Shown here: in pieces, positions 1 to 8,388 of the stretch
How the letters are laid out: each line of letters starts with the position of its first letter
How positions within the stretch are numbered: position 1 is the first letter of the stretch
DNA from: Abditibacterium sp.
GTDB lineage: Bacteria > Armatimonadota > Abditibacteriia > Abditibacteriales > Abditibacteriaceae
Direction: 5' to 3'
NCBI GenBank assembly: GCA_965246885.1
Contig: OZ251992.1
Location: forward strand, 1,536,001-1,600,000
Length of the DNA stretch: 64,000 bases
Notes under the pieces: generated by a model
Told to the model about the DNA's origin: nothing
Databases searched by the model: none
The model's input: the letters and a program-made list of their open reading frames with translations, nothing else
Made by a program: the position numbers and the translations under genes

Positions 1-1245
1 CACCGGGCAAGCCCCCGCGCCCTCGCGCCCGATGTGGCCGCCGAGGAGCAGCAGGTTGATGACCTGTTGGATGGTGGCGACGGCGTTTTTGTGTTGCGTC
101 AGGCCCATTGCCCAGCACGCGATAACCCGCTTCGAGCGCGCGACGAGCGATCCGATATGCTCGATTTTGATGCGCGGCACCCCGCTCGCGCGTTCGACTT
201 GCGTCCAATCGAGTTCGCGCAGGTCGCCGAGCAGGGCGTCGAGTCCGTGCGTGTGTTGGCGTAGAAAGTCGTGGTCGAAGACGCCGCCCTCGCGCTCCTC
301 GATGTCCAGCATGACGCGCAAGATGCCCTTGAGAACCGCCGCGTCGCCGTTGATCTTGACCGGCACGAAATGCGACGAAATGGCAGTGCCCCCGGAAAGG
401 AACTGCTCCGGATGTTGCGGGTGGTGGAAGGCTAATAATCCCGCTTCGGGGAGCGGGTTGAAGGACACGATTTCGCAGCCATGCGCCCGCGCGGTTTGCA
501 GGGCGGACAGCATACGCGGGTGGTTGGTGCCGGGGTTTTGGCCGAAGATGAGGATGCAATCGGCTTTTTGAAAGTCTTCCAGCGTGACGGTGCCCTTGCC
601 CACGCCGATGGTCTCGCTCATCGCGCAACCGCTCGACTCGTGGCACATATTCGAGCAGTCGGGCAAGTTGTTGGTGCCGAACTCGCGCACGAAGAGTTGG
701 TAGGCAAACGCGGCCTCGTTGCTGGTTCGCCCCGACGTATAAAAGACCGCCTCGTCGGGCGACTTGAGCGCGTTGAGTTCTTCGGCCAACACGCCGAACG
801 CTTCGCTCCACGAGACGGCGCGGTAGTGGCTCGCGCCCTTGTCGAGCAGCATCGGGTGCGTGAGGCGTCCGGCTTTGCCAAGCTCCATGTCGCTCCATTT
901 GCCCAACTCTTCGAGCGAGTGTTTGGCGAAGAAGTCGGGGGTGACGCGCTTGCGGGTGGTTTCTTCGGCAACGGCTTTCGCGCCGTTTTCGCAGTATTCA
1001 AAGCGGCTGCGCTTGTCGTCCGGGTCGGGCCACGCGCAACCGGGACAGTCAAAGCCGTCCTTTTGGTTGAGGCGCAGCAGGACTTGGTTGCCGCGTAAAA
1101 AGCCCGACTCGCGCGCGATGAACTCCATTGACTTGGCGACGGCCATCACGCCCGCCGCGCGCTCGTGGCGGTGGCCGACTTTGAGGCCGGTGAACTCTTC
1201 GCTGGTCAGCGCCGCGTCGAAGGCGTTGGGGGTTTCGTGGCTCAT
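1..1245 (-). CDS. FdhF/YdeP-family molybdopterin oxidoreductase (3' end runs off the window)
   Basis: Own translation from ATG 1245: MSHETPNAF...NQKDGFDCPGCAWPDP...FEYCENGAKA...FYTSGRTSNEAAF...GTNNLPDCSNMCHESSG...GQNPGTNHPRML; open to position 1. Confidence 0.92.
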   Translation of the reverse strand, partial: MSHETPNAFDAALTSEEFTGLKVGHRHERAAGVMAVAKSMEFIARESGFLRGNQVLLRLNQKDGFDCPGCAWPDPDDKRSRFEYCENGAKAVAEETTRKRVTPDFFAKHSLEELGKWSDMELGKAGRLTHPMLLDKGASHYRAVSWSEAFGVLAEELNALKSPDEAVFYTSGRTSNEAAFAYQLFVREFGTNNLPDCSNMCHESSGCAMSETIGVGKGTVTLEDFQKADCILIFGQNPGTNHPRMLSALQTARAHGCEIVSFNPLPEAGLLAFHHPQHPEQFLSGGTAISSHFVPVKINGDAAVLKGILRVMLDIEEREGGVFDHDFLRQHTHGLDALLGDLRELDWTQVERASGVPRIKIEHIGSLVARSKRVIACWAMGLTQHKNAVATIQQVINLLLLGGHIGREGAGACPV

Positions 1246-1305
1246 GGAATAAAGGGAAGTTTAGGCGCGGACGGCGTTGCGCCCGATTGGGTTAAATTAG
1301 CCCCG

Positions 1306-2160
1306 ATGATTTCCACACTGAACCCCGTCACCGCAGGGGGCGGCTTGCCCTTGCCCGCTTTCGTTGAGTTGGCCGCTCGCAACGGCTTCAAGGGCGTTGA
1401 CTTCTCCGTTGATGCCGCAATGGCAATGGGCTTAAACGCCGCGCGCGACTTGTTCCAAGGGCACGGCGTTGCTCCGTCGTGCTTTGGCTTGTCGGTCGAA
1501 TGGCGGCGCGACGAGCAAACCTTCCGCGACGGCTTGGCGCTCCTTCCCGCACAGGCCCAGTTCGCCCGCGAGTTGGGTTGCGCGCGCACCGTCACATGGG
1601 TTCTGCCCTCAAGCGACGACGTGGCCAGTTACCGCGAAACATCCCTTGCGCGTTGGGCAGAAATCGCGCGCGTGTTGGATGCCGAGGGCATCGCGCTCGG
1701 TTTGGAGTTCCTCGGCCCGCTCCAGTTTCGCCCTGACGGAGACAAGGTCTGGTTCTACAACATCGCCGGGGCGCTTGAAGCCGCCGACGAAGTGAACGGT
1801 CGCGCCGGCACGAGCAACGTCGGTTTGCTGGTGGATTGCTGGCACTGGTTCGCGGGCGGCGGCACCTTGATGGACTTGGCTTCCATCCCCGTCGAGCAGG
1901 TCACGCACGTCCATATCAACGACGCCCCACGCGGCGTGGCCTTGCCTGACTTGGTTGACAACGAGCGCGAACTGCCCGGCGCGACAGGTGTCATTGACCT
2001 GACGGGCTTCCTCGAAACCCTCTCCCGCATCGGCTACACCGGCCCCGTCGCCGTTGAAACCTTCTGGAAGCGCCCCCAAGAAGCGGGCGACGAAGTGGCG
2101 GCCAAGGAAGCGGGCGCGGCAGTCAAAGCCGCGTTCGAGGCGGCAGGGTTGGTGTTTTAG
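1306..2160 (+). CDS. Sugar phosphate isomerase/epimerase (xylose isomerase-like TIM barrel)
   Basis: LGLEFLGP, GLLVDCWHW, HVHINDA, RELPG, GYTGPVAVE motifs; start trimmed to ATG 1306, 7 nt after TAAATT. Confidence 0.85.
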   Translation: MISTLNPVTAGGGLPLPAFVELAARNGFKGVDFSVDAAMAMGLNAARDLFQGHGVAPSCFGLSVEWRRDEQTFRDGLALLPAQAQFARELGCARTVTWVLPSSDDVASYRETSLARWAEIARVLDAEGIALGLEFLGPLQFRPDGDKVWFYNIAGALEAADEVNGRAGTSNVGLLVDCWHWFAGGGTLMDLASIPVEQVTHVHINDAPRGVALPDLVDNERELPGATGVIDLTGFLETLSRIGYTGPVAVETFWKRPQEAGDEVAAKEAGAAVKAAFEAAGLVF

Positions 2161-2513
2161 GGGGGCGCCAGAAACGGGGCGCGGGCGCCCCAATTCGGCT
2201 CGTCTTGCCGCTCGTGGCGGCAGGCGAGGATGTAGATGACTTCCAAGCCATCGCCGGTTTGGAAGTCAACCGAGGGATAGTCGGTGTAGTAGAGCCAATA
2301 GGCAAACGGGGAGACGCGGATTCTTCGCACCGGAACAGGAAGGGATGTTTGGGCGGGCGCGCCTTGAAAGGGGAACGCCAGAAGCGACGCGACGACGGCA
2401 TCAACGGCTTCAAGCCACTGGATGCCGCGCCCTGCACTGCTGTCCTCCAATCGCCCGACAGCGTCAACTATCTCGTCTTTGGCGACTTGCAACAGAATCA
2501 CTTCGCGTCTCAT
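2157..2513 (-). CDS. RelE/ParE-family toxin
   Basis: MRREVILLQVAKDEI...FP...RRIRVSPFAYWLYY...IYILACRHERQ; start overlaps the antitoxin stop (ATGA). Confidence 0.75.
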   Translation of the reverse strand: MRREVILLQVAKDEIVDAVGRLEDSSAGRGIQWLEAVDAVVASLLAFPFQGAPAQTSLPVPVRRIRVSPFAYWLYYTDYPSVDFQTGDGLEVIYILACRHERQDEPNWGARAPFLAPP

Positions 2514-2743
2514 GCGCCGCGCTCTCGCAGCTTTTGTAGCATCTGCGTTTTGACCTGCTCCCAAGGTATTCCAGCGTGCGGATTGTCAATGGCTTGCTGG
2601 ACGCGGCGCTGCAACTCCTCCCGGAACTCCGGGTCTTCCTCCGGCACCTCCGCGCCCTCATGCCCCAAGTCCCAAATTTGCTGCGCCAGCACTAACTGCT
2701 CGGCGCGGGACATCTTTTTAATCTGCTCTAAAAGTTCGGCCAT
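2510..2743 (-). CDS. Addiction-module antitoxin (TIGR02574-like)
   Basis: 77 aa; MSRAEQLVLAQQIWD...ELQRR...GIPWEQVK; directly upstream of the toxin. Confidence 0.8.
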   Translation of the reverse strand: MAELLEQIKKMSRAEQLVLAQQIWDLGHEGAEVPEEDPEFREELQRRVQQAIDNPHAGIPWEQVKTQMLQKLRERGA

Positions 2744-2764
2744 AGTACCTCGTAGTTTAAACTC

Positions 2765-5332
2765 CTAACTCGTTTGCACGAGGCTCAGCTTGTCGCCCCA
2801 GAAGCGGTGCAGGGCTTCCTTGAGAAAGGCGTGTTCGGGGTCGTCGAGGTGCGGGTCTTCACTCACCACGTCCCACGCCGCTTCGCGGGCGCGCTGGATG
2901 ATGTCTATATCGGTCAGGAGGTCGGCGATGCGAAAGTCGGGGATGCCGCTTTGCCGCGTGCCATAAAGTTCGCCCGAACCGCGCAGTTTCAGGTCTTCCT
3001 CGGCGATGACGAAGCCGTTCTGCGTCTGGCACATCACGTTGAGGCGCACCTTGCCCTCGTCCGATTTGGGGTTCGCCAACAAGATGCACATAGATTTGTG
3101 CTGCCCGCGCCCGACGCGGCCCCGTAATTGGTGCAGTTGGCTCAGCCCGAAGCGGTCGGCGTCCTCAATCAGCATCACGGTTGAGTTCGGCACGTCCACG
3201 CCCACCTCAATTACTGTGGTGGATACCAGCACGTCGTGCATTTGCGCGCGGAACAGTTCCATTTGCTCGTCGCGCTCTACAACATCCAACTGGCCGTGAA
3301 CGAGGCCGACACGAAGCCCTTTGAGTTCGTGCTCGCGCAAACGCTCGGCCACCGAAGTGGCGGCTTGCAGGTTCACCAATTTGTCCGATTCTTCCACCAA
3401 GGGGCATACTACGTATGCCTGACGCCCTTTGGCCACCTCCGCGCGCACGTAAGCGTACGCCCGCTCGCGCGCTTCCGGCTTGACTTTAATAGTTTTTATT
3501 GGCTGGCGACCGGGCGGCAGTTCGTCCAAGACGGACACATCCAAGTCGCCATAAATGGTCAGCGCCATCGTGCGCGGGATGGGTGTCGCGGTCATAACCA
3601 GCACATCCGGGCGAAGTCCGCCTGCCCCCTTGCGAGCGAGCGCCGCGCGTTGCATGACGCCAAAGCGGTGTTGTTCGTCCACCACGCACACGCCCAGCTT
3701 TTGGAACTCCACGCCTTCTTGAATCAGCGCGTGCGTGCCGACGACCACATGGATGCGCCCTTCGGCCAAGTCCGCCAAAATCTGCCGCTTATTCTTCGTT
3801 TTAAGACTCCCTTCCAACAGCCCGACTTCGACGCCAAGCGGCTCCAGAATCTTGCGCAACACGTAAAAGTGCTGCTCGCTCAGAATCTCCGTCGGCGCCA
3901 ACAGCGCGCCTTGGAAGCCCGCTTTGAAGGCGCTCCACAGCGCATACGCCGCCACGATTGTCTTGCCGCTTCCCACGTCGCCGTGAAGGAGGCGGTTCAT
4001 CGGACGCGGACTCTTCAAGTCTTTGCGCACCTCGTTCATCACCCGCTTCTGCGCGCCGGTCAGCTTGAAGGGCAGGGCGGCGAGGAACTTCTTTACTTCG
4101 TCGTCGGGCACAATATGGCGGATGCCCGCTTCCTCCAAGTGCGCCGCGCGCTTCTTTTGGGCGAGCGCCACCTGAAGCAGAAAGAGTTCCTCGAAGACCA
4201 GCCGATAGCGCGCGGCCTCCTTTTCCTCCCAGTCGGTCGGTGCATGGATGGCCCGCAGCGCCGTTTCGAGCGGCACCAAGCTGAACTCTTCGAGCAACCT
4301 CGCGGGGATCGGGTCGGGAATACGCCCCGCGCATTTCGCCAGCGCGTCTTCCGTTGCCCGGCGCAGGTTCGATTGGAACAAGCCCTCGGTGAGCGGGTAA
4401 ACCGGCACTATTTTGCCGACCTGACTGCCGTCTTCGTCGCCGATGAACTCGAATTCCGGCACATCCATCTGGCGGTAGCCGTTGAACTCCGAAATCTTGC
4501 CGTAAACGAACAGTTTCTGGCCGACCTTGAACTGCTTCTCGCGCCACGCCTGATTCCACCACTGCAAATCGATCTGCGAGTCGCCATCCCCCACGCGCAC
4601 TTTCGTGACCGAGCGGTTGCCCACGCCCATTTTGCGCGTTTGCGGCTCGTATAGCACCTCGGCCAGAAAGGAATCCTTCTCGCCTGTTTCGATGTCGCCC
4701 AGCGCCCGGATGAGGCGACGGTCTTCGTAGCGCGCCGGAAAATGCAGGAGCAAGTCGCCCACCGTTTGGATGCCCCACTTGGCGAGCAGCTTGGCCTTTT
4801 GCGGCCCGACGCCGCGCAGGTAGGTCACGGACTCGGCGAGCGGGTCGTCGGAAGCTCTCACCGATACCGGCGCCCGGTTCACCGGCATGTGAGATTCGTC
4901 CACCGGGGCCGGGGAGTCGTCCGCGTGTACGCGGGAACCGTTCACCGGCATGCGCGAATCGTCCGCGCGTATGCGCGAATCCTCCGCCGGTACCGGCGCA
5001 ACGATGGCGCGCGTCGCGTTGCTTTCAAAAAGCGGCGCGTTGTCGAGGGTGTCTTCCAATTTGTCGAGCAGTTGCGCGGTAATCCATACGATGTCGCGGC
5101 GGCGCTCTTCCTCCTCGCGCGGGTAGAGCGTCCAGATGTCGTGCAAGCGTTGGAGGGAGAACTCGCAGTTGGAAGGCACTTCTTCCGACCCGTCTTCGAT
5201 GGCCGCGAGCGCGCGCCCCGTGAGCGCCACGAAATGTTGCGCCGTGCCACCGGACACCGCGATGTTCATGAACTCGGTGCGTTCCTCGTCGGGCAGGGGC
5301 AGGCGCAACGCCTCAATAGTTTCACGCAACAT
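2765..5332 (-). CDS. recG: ATP-dependent DNA helicase RecG with N-terminal extension
   Basis: LRGVGP, MNRLLHGDVGSGKT, VDEQHRFGV, MTATPIPRT, QLHQLRGRVGRG, DLKLRGSGE. Confidence 0.97.
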   Translation of the reverse strand: MLRETIEALRLPLPDEERTEFMNIAVSGGTAQHFVALTGRALAAIEDGSEEVPSNCEFSLQRLHDIWTLYPREEEERRRDIVWITAQLLDKLEDTLDNAPLFESNATRAIVAPVPAEDSRIRADDSRMPVNGSRVHADDSPAPVDESHMPVNRAPVSVRASDDPLAESVTYLRGVGPQKAKLLAKWGIQTVGDLLLHFPARYEDRRLIRALGDIETGEKDSFLAEVLYEPQTRKMGVGNRSVTKVRVGDGDSQIDLQWWNQAWREKQFKVGQKLFVYGKISEFNGYRQMDVPEFEFIGDEDGSQVGKIVPVYPLTEGLFQSNLRRATEDALAKCAGRIPDPIPARLLEEFSLVPLETALRAIHAPTDWEEKEAARYRLVFEELFLLQVALAQKKRAAHLEEAGIRHIVPDDEVKKFLAALPFKLTGAQKRVMNEVRKDLKSPRPMNRLLHGDVGSGKTIVAAYALWSAFKAGFQGALLAPTEILSEQHFYVLRKILEPLGVEVGLLEGSLKTKNKRQILADLAEGRIHVVVGTHALIQEGVEFQKLGVCVVDEQHRFGVMQRAALARKGAGGLRPDVLVMTATPIPRTMALTIYGDLDVSVLDELPPGRQPIKTIKVKPEARERAYAYVRAEVAKGRQAYVVCPLVEESDKLVNLQAATSVAERLREHELKGLRVGLVHGQLDVVERDEQMELFRAQMHDVLVSTTVIEVGVDVPNSTVMLIEDADRFGLSQLHQLRGRVGRGQHKSMCILLANPKSDEGKVRLNVMCQTQNGFVIAEEDLKLRGSGELYGTRQSGIPDFRIADLLTDIDIIQRAREAAWDVVSEDPHLDDPEHAFLKEALHRFWGDKLSLVQTS
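4860..5006. repeat. Degenerate 21-nt tandem array (~7 units), in frame inside recG
   Basis: Units such as ACCGGCATGTGAGATTCGTCC (4881), ACCGGCATGCGCGAATCGTCC (4944), GCGCGTATGCGCGAATCCTCC (4965); encodes heptads DSRIRAD/DSRMPVN/GSRVHAD/DSPAPVD. Confidence 0.8.
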
Positions 5333-5340
5333 GGGAACTC

Positions 5341-5399
5341 GTAGGGACGCTGCTTGCCGCGTCCTTTTGTTTGGTGGACGCTGCTTGCCGCGTCCCTAC
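5341..5399. repeat. GTAGG...CCTAC REP-like doublet
   Basis: GTAGGGACGCTGCTTGCCGCGTCC ... GGACGCTGCTTGCCGCGTCCCTAC; the first 24-mer recurs at 40158. Confidence 0.8.
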
Positions 5400-5401
5400 G
5401 T

Positions 5402-5992
5402 TTATTTTTGCATCGGGTCGAAGGCGGCTTTGGGTTTTTCGGCTTCGACGGCGCGTTTATAGATGACGACTTGGCGCACGTCGCGGTTGCTTAGGCAAAC
5501 GAGGCGCCCGTCGCGGTCGCGTAGCCACGTCCCGCGCAGCGTCCAGCGTTCGACCGTGCCCTGCACCCCGTTGATTTCAACGGCATCCCCCGGCGCGAGG
5601 GTATCTTCCGATAAGAGCGCGAAGCCTTGCGCAATGTCTTGCATCAAGGGCATGAGGGCGAGGCCAAACAAGAGGGCGACCGCGCCCAGCGAAAGCGCCA
5701 ACTCCAACACGGGCAAGCCGAAGACGTTGAAGACGAGCACAAGCGCGACCGAATAGAGCAGGGTTCGCAGCGCCAGCTTGGGCGTTTTGACGAGCGTTTC
5801 GCGGCGCAAGGCCCGCCAGCGCGCGTCGCGCTCGCCGCCCAAAGCCGCAAAGGGCGCGGTCAGCTTTTCGAGCCGCTTTCCCCCCAGCCACGCCGCAAAC
5901 TCGAAGGCGACCGCGATAAACAGCAGTTCGGGCGCGATAAAGAGGATGGAGTGCAAGCGCGCCGTTAAATCGGGCAGGGCAACGTGTGGCAT
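5402..5992 (-). CDS. Small MscS-like mechanosensitive channel protein
   Basis: TM segments, then LMQDIAQGF...PGDAVEINGVQGTVERWTLRGTWLRDRDGRLV; lacks the usual C-terminal domain. Confidence 0.75.
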   Translation of the reverse strand: MPHVALPDLTARLHSILFIAPELLFIAVAFEFAAWLGGKRLEKLTAPFAALGGERDARWRALRRETLVKTPKLALRTLLYSVALVLVFNVFGLPVLELALSLGAVALLFGLALMPLMQDIAQGFALLSEDTLAPGDAVEINGVQGTVERWTLRGTWLRDRDGRLVCLSNRDVRQVVIYKRAVEAEKPKAAFDPMQK

Positions 5993-6019
5993 GGGAAAGG
6001 AGATTTTACCCGGTGGCCC

Positions 6020-7024
6020 TTAATTCTTCCCGTCCCCGAAGGCCGCGACGAAATCCAACAGCACAAACCCGCTCCGCACGTCGGGCGTTTGACCGCCGAG
6101 CGTGTCCATCACCTCGTCTATTTGCGCGCTTCGCCGCTCGCGCCCGACGCTTTGCGCGAGGAGAGTGAGGGCGTCGAGTGCGCCCCCGGCGTAGATGCCG
6201 TCCCCGCCGCCGTCTAACACTTGCGCGCGGCGCGCGAGATCAAGCCACCGGACGGGTAAGCCGAGCGCCTGCTCCGCGCGTGCAATGGTCGCGCCCGCCC
6301 CCGCAACGTCGGAAGCGGAGCGGCTGGCTGCATCGGGAATGGTGCCGTCGTCGCGGCGCGCGGGGAAATAGCGGCCCTCGCATAGGTCGAGCAGTTCGAG
6401 CACATCGGCTTTAACCGAGCGGTCGCGCGTCAGGGCGAAGAGCGCGGCGCCCGCTTCGAGAAGCGCCAACTGCGTCGGGGCAGTTTTTGACCCGATGCCG
6501 CTTTCTTGCGTCGGCGCGAGCGGGCCAGTCACGAAGATTTCAAAGTATCCGCCGCCACTCACCCGGTCGCGCGCCCGTTCGCGCAGGAGGCGCCACGTCG
6601 TGAGCGCCAAAGCGCGCGGCTCCGCTTCGCCCGATACGCGGGCGTATTCGACAAGCGCGGAGATGATTTGGGCTTGCAAAAGCGTGGATTTAGACGGCTC
6701 CCCACCCCCGCCCGAAACGGCGAAAAAGCCTCCGCCCACCTTGTCGCGGCGCGAGTCACGTAGCAGGCGGTAGTGCACACGCGCGTCATCGAGTAGATTC
6801 CATTGCGGCGTCAAGTAGACCAAGCGGTGGGCGTGCGCGAGGGTTCGACACAGCCGCGCGGCAACGAGGGCGCCTTCATTGTCAGGCGATTTTGCCGCCC
6901 ATAGGGGTAGCCACCTCTTTCGCAACTCCGCCTTAATTGCCGCCGCGCGCGCACCGAGGTCGTCGGCGCGCGCGCTAACGGCGAGGGAGAGGGCCAACAG
7001 GGGAACGAGAACGCGGGAAGTCAC
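6020..7024 (-). CDS. Secreted, degenerate AGE/cellobiose-2-epimerase-like protein
   Basis: Signal peptide; RDKVGGGFF, KSTLLQAQIISALVEY, RDRVSGGGYFE and KTAPTQLALLEA resemble AGE-family segments. Confidence 0.55.
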   Translation of the reverse strand: MTSRVLVPLLALSLAVSARADDLGARAAAIKAELRKRWLPLWAAKSPDNEGALVAARLCRTLAHAHRLVYLTPQWNLLDDARVHYRLLRDSRRDKVGGGFFAVSGGGGEPSKSTLLQAQIISALVEYARVSGEAEPRALALTTWRLLRERARDRVSGGGYFEIFVTGPLAPTQESGIGSKTAPTQLALLEAGAALFALTRDRSVKADVLELLDLCEGRYFPARRDDGTIPDAASRSASDVAGAGATIARAEQALGLPVRWLDLARRAQVLDGGGDGIYAGGALDALTLLAQSVGRERRSAQIDEVMDTLGGQTPDVRSGFVLLDFVAAFGDGKN

Positions 7025-7040
7025 GGCGCAAAGTGTAGGC

Positions 7041-7628
7041 TTAGCCGGTGCGCCCTTGAATGTCGAGCGTGCCGTCGCCGACTTCGACCGATTCGACGCG
7101 CGCGGCGCCTTTGTCCTTGAGGGCGTGCTTCAAGCCGTCGTCAACGGCGCGTTGCACCTTGGCCTTCCACGATGCGGGGGCGGGGAACAGGCCGCCCAAG
7201 GACAGGGAATCGAGCGTGAACGCGACGCCGCCCCCGCGCGCGGCGAGTTTGCCCGCGAGGGAGACCGGCGCGGCGAGGCCCTTGTAACTGGCGTCCGCTT
7301 CGAGGATAAGCAGCCCGCCTTGCAGCCCGACGCGCGCGTTTTTGAAGGGCAGGTTTTGGGCGCGGAGGCGGTCTTGGAGCAGGGTGTTGAGTTCGTCTTG
7401 CGACAGGGAAAGGGTAAAGGCGCGCTTGTCTTTGTGGCGTACGCGCCGCGTGATGGCTTCGATGCGCCTGACCGCGCTTTGCGCCGCGATACGCCGTTTG
7501 CCTTGCTCGGCGTGGGGCAGGGCGGCGAAGTTAACTACCGTCACACGGGGCGCTGGCGGGCGCGCGACCCACGCCGCCGCGCCGCCAAGAGCAGCCACAA
7601 TCAGGGCAAATACCAATAGCCGTTTCAT
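7041..7628 (-). CDS. Hypothetical membrane-anchored protein (lipid-binding-like, LSQDELNTLL motif)
   Basis: MKRLLVFALIVAALGG N-terminal anchor; start trimmed to ATG 7628. Confidence 0.6.
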   Translation of the reverse strand: MKRLLVFALIVAALGGAAAWVARPPAPRVTVVNFAALPHAEQGKRRIAAQSAVRRIEAITRRVRHKDKRAFTLSLSQDELNTLLQDRLRAQNLPFKNARVGLQGGLLILEADASYKGLAAPVSLAGKLAARGGGVAFTLDSLSLGGLFPAPASWKAKVQRAVDDGLKHALKDKGAARVESVEVGDGTLDIQGRTG

Positions 7629-7648
7629 GCGGGAGCGTTGCGGGAGCC

Positions 7649-8254
7649 TTAACTGAGCCTGCGGCCAATGTCGGAGCGCACGGCGTAGCAGATGGCGATG
7701 GCGAGGGCATCCGCGAGGTCGGGCGGGTGAAGCGGGGCGGCGATTTGCAAGCGGGCTTTGACGGCGCTTTGGATGCTCGACTTGGTGGCGTGTCCGTTGC
7801 CAGCGACGGTTTGCTTGACTTCGTTGGGCGTGAAAGTGTGAACGGGACGCCCCGCTTGCGCCGCCGCCAGAATCAACACGCCCCGCGCGTGCGCGAGCAT
7901 CAAGGCCGAGCGTGGGTGGGCGTAGGTCGAGAACAAGTCCTCGATGACGACGATTTCTGGGCGGTACTCGGCGAGCACTTCCGCGAGGCCGCAATGCAGC
8001 GCTTGGAGGCGGTCAGGCAGAGGGAGCGATTCTTTGCCGCGCAAAACGCCGCCCTCGACCAGTTTTAAACACTTGCCGCCGTCCGCTAAGTCGGACTCAA
8101 TTAGTCCGTATCCGGTGCGGGACAAACCGGGGTCAATGCCCAAGATGCGCGTGAGGCCATTCGTGGGCGCCGGGTTTTTCGCGCGTCCGCGCGCGCCGAG
8201 TTCGGGGCGCCGAATCGAAGCGGTGGGCAAGTTGAGGGCGCGGGTGCGAAGCAT
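7649..8254 (-). CDS. ruvC: Holliday junction resolvase RuvC
   Basis: RILGIDPGLSRTGYG, VIEDLF, TPNEVKQTVAGNGHATK, DLADALAIA; start uncertain. Confidence 0.95.
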   Translation of the reverse strand: MLRTRALNLPTASIRRPELGARGRAKNPAPTNGLTRILGIDPGLSRTGYGLIESDLADGGKCLKLVEGGVLRGKESLPLPDRLQALHCGLAEVLAEYRPEIVVIEDLFSTYAHPRSALMLAHARGVLILAAAQAGRPVHTFTPNEVKQTVAGNGHATKSSIQSAVKARLQIAAPLHPPDLADALAIAICYAVRSDIGRRLS

Positions 8255-8258
8255 GTTT

Positions 8259-8334
8259 GAGTGCGGAATTCGGAGTCGGAGTGCGGAATAATCGGGCTTT
8301 GACTACTCCGCACCCTGTACTCGCCACTCCGCAT
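8259..8334. repeat. Inverted pair of short heptamer arrays (stem-loop)
   Basis: GAGTGCG GAATTCG GAGTCG GAGTGCG GAATAAT ... TACTCCG CACCCTG TACTCGC CACTCCG. Confidence 0.6.
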
Positions 8335-8340
8335 TTATTA

Positions 8341-8388
8341 TCGCATTACTCCCCAGTGTCGGGATCGCACTACTCCCCAGTGTCGGGG
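8341..8388. repeat. 24-bp tandem duplication of the 3' end of the HtrA gene
   Basis: TCGCATTACTCCCCAGTGTCGGGA / TCGCACTACTCCCCAGTGTCGGGG. Confidence 0.85.

Noticed and set aside
1..1245. Selenocysteine in the FdhF-like gene
   Set aside because: No in-frame TGA in the visible part; the active-site region reads CSNMCH.
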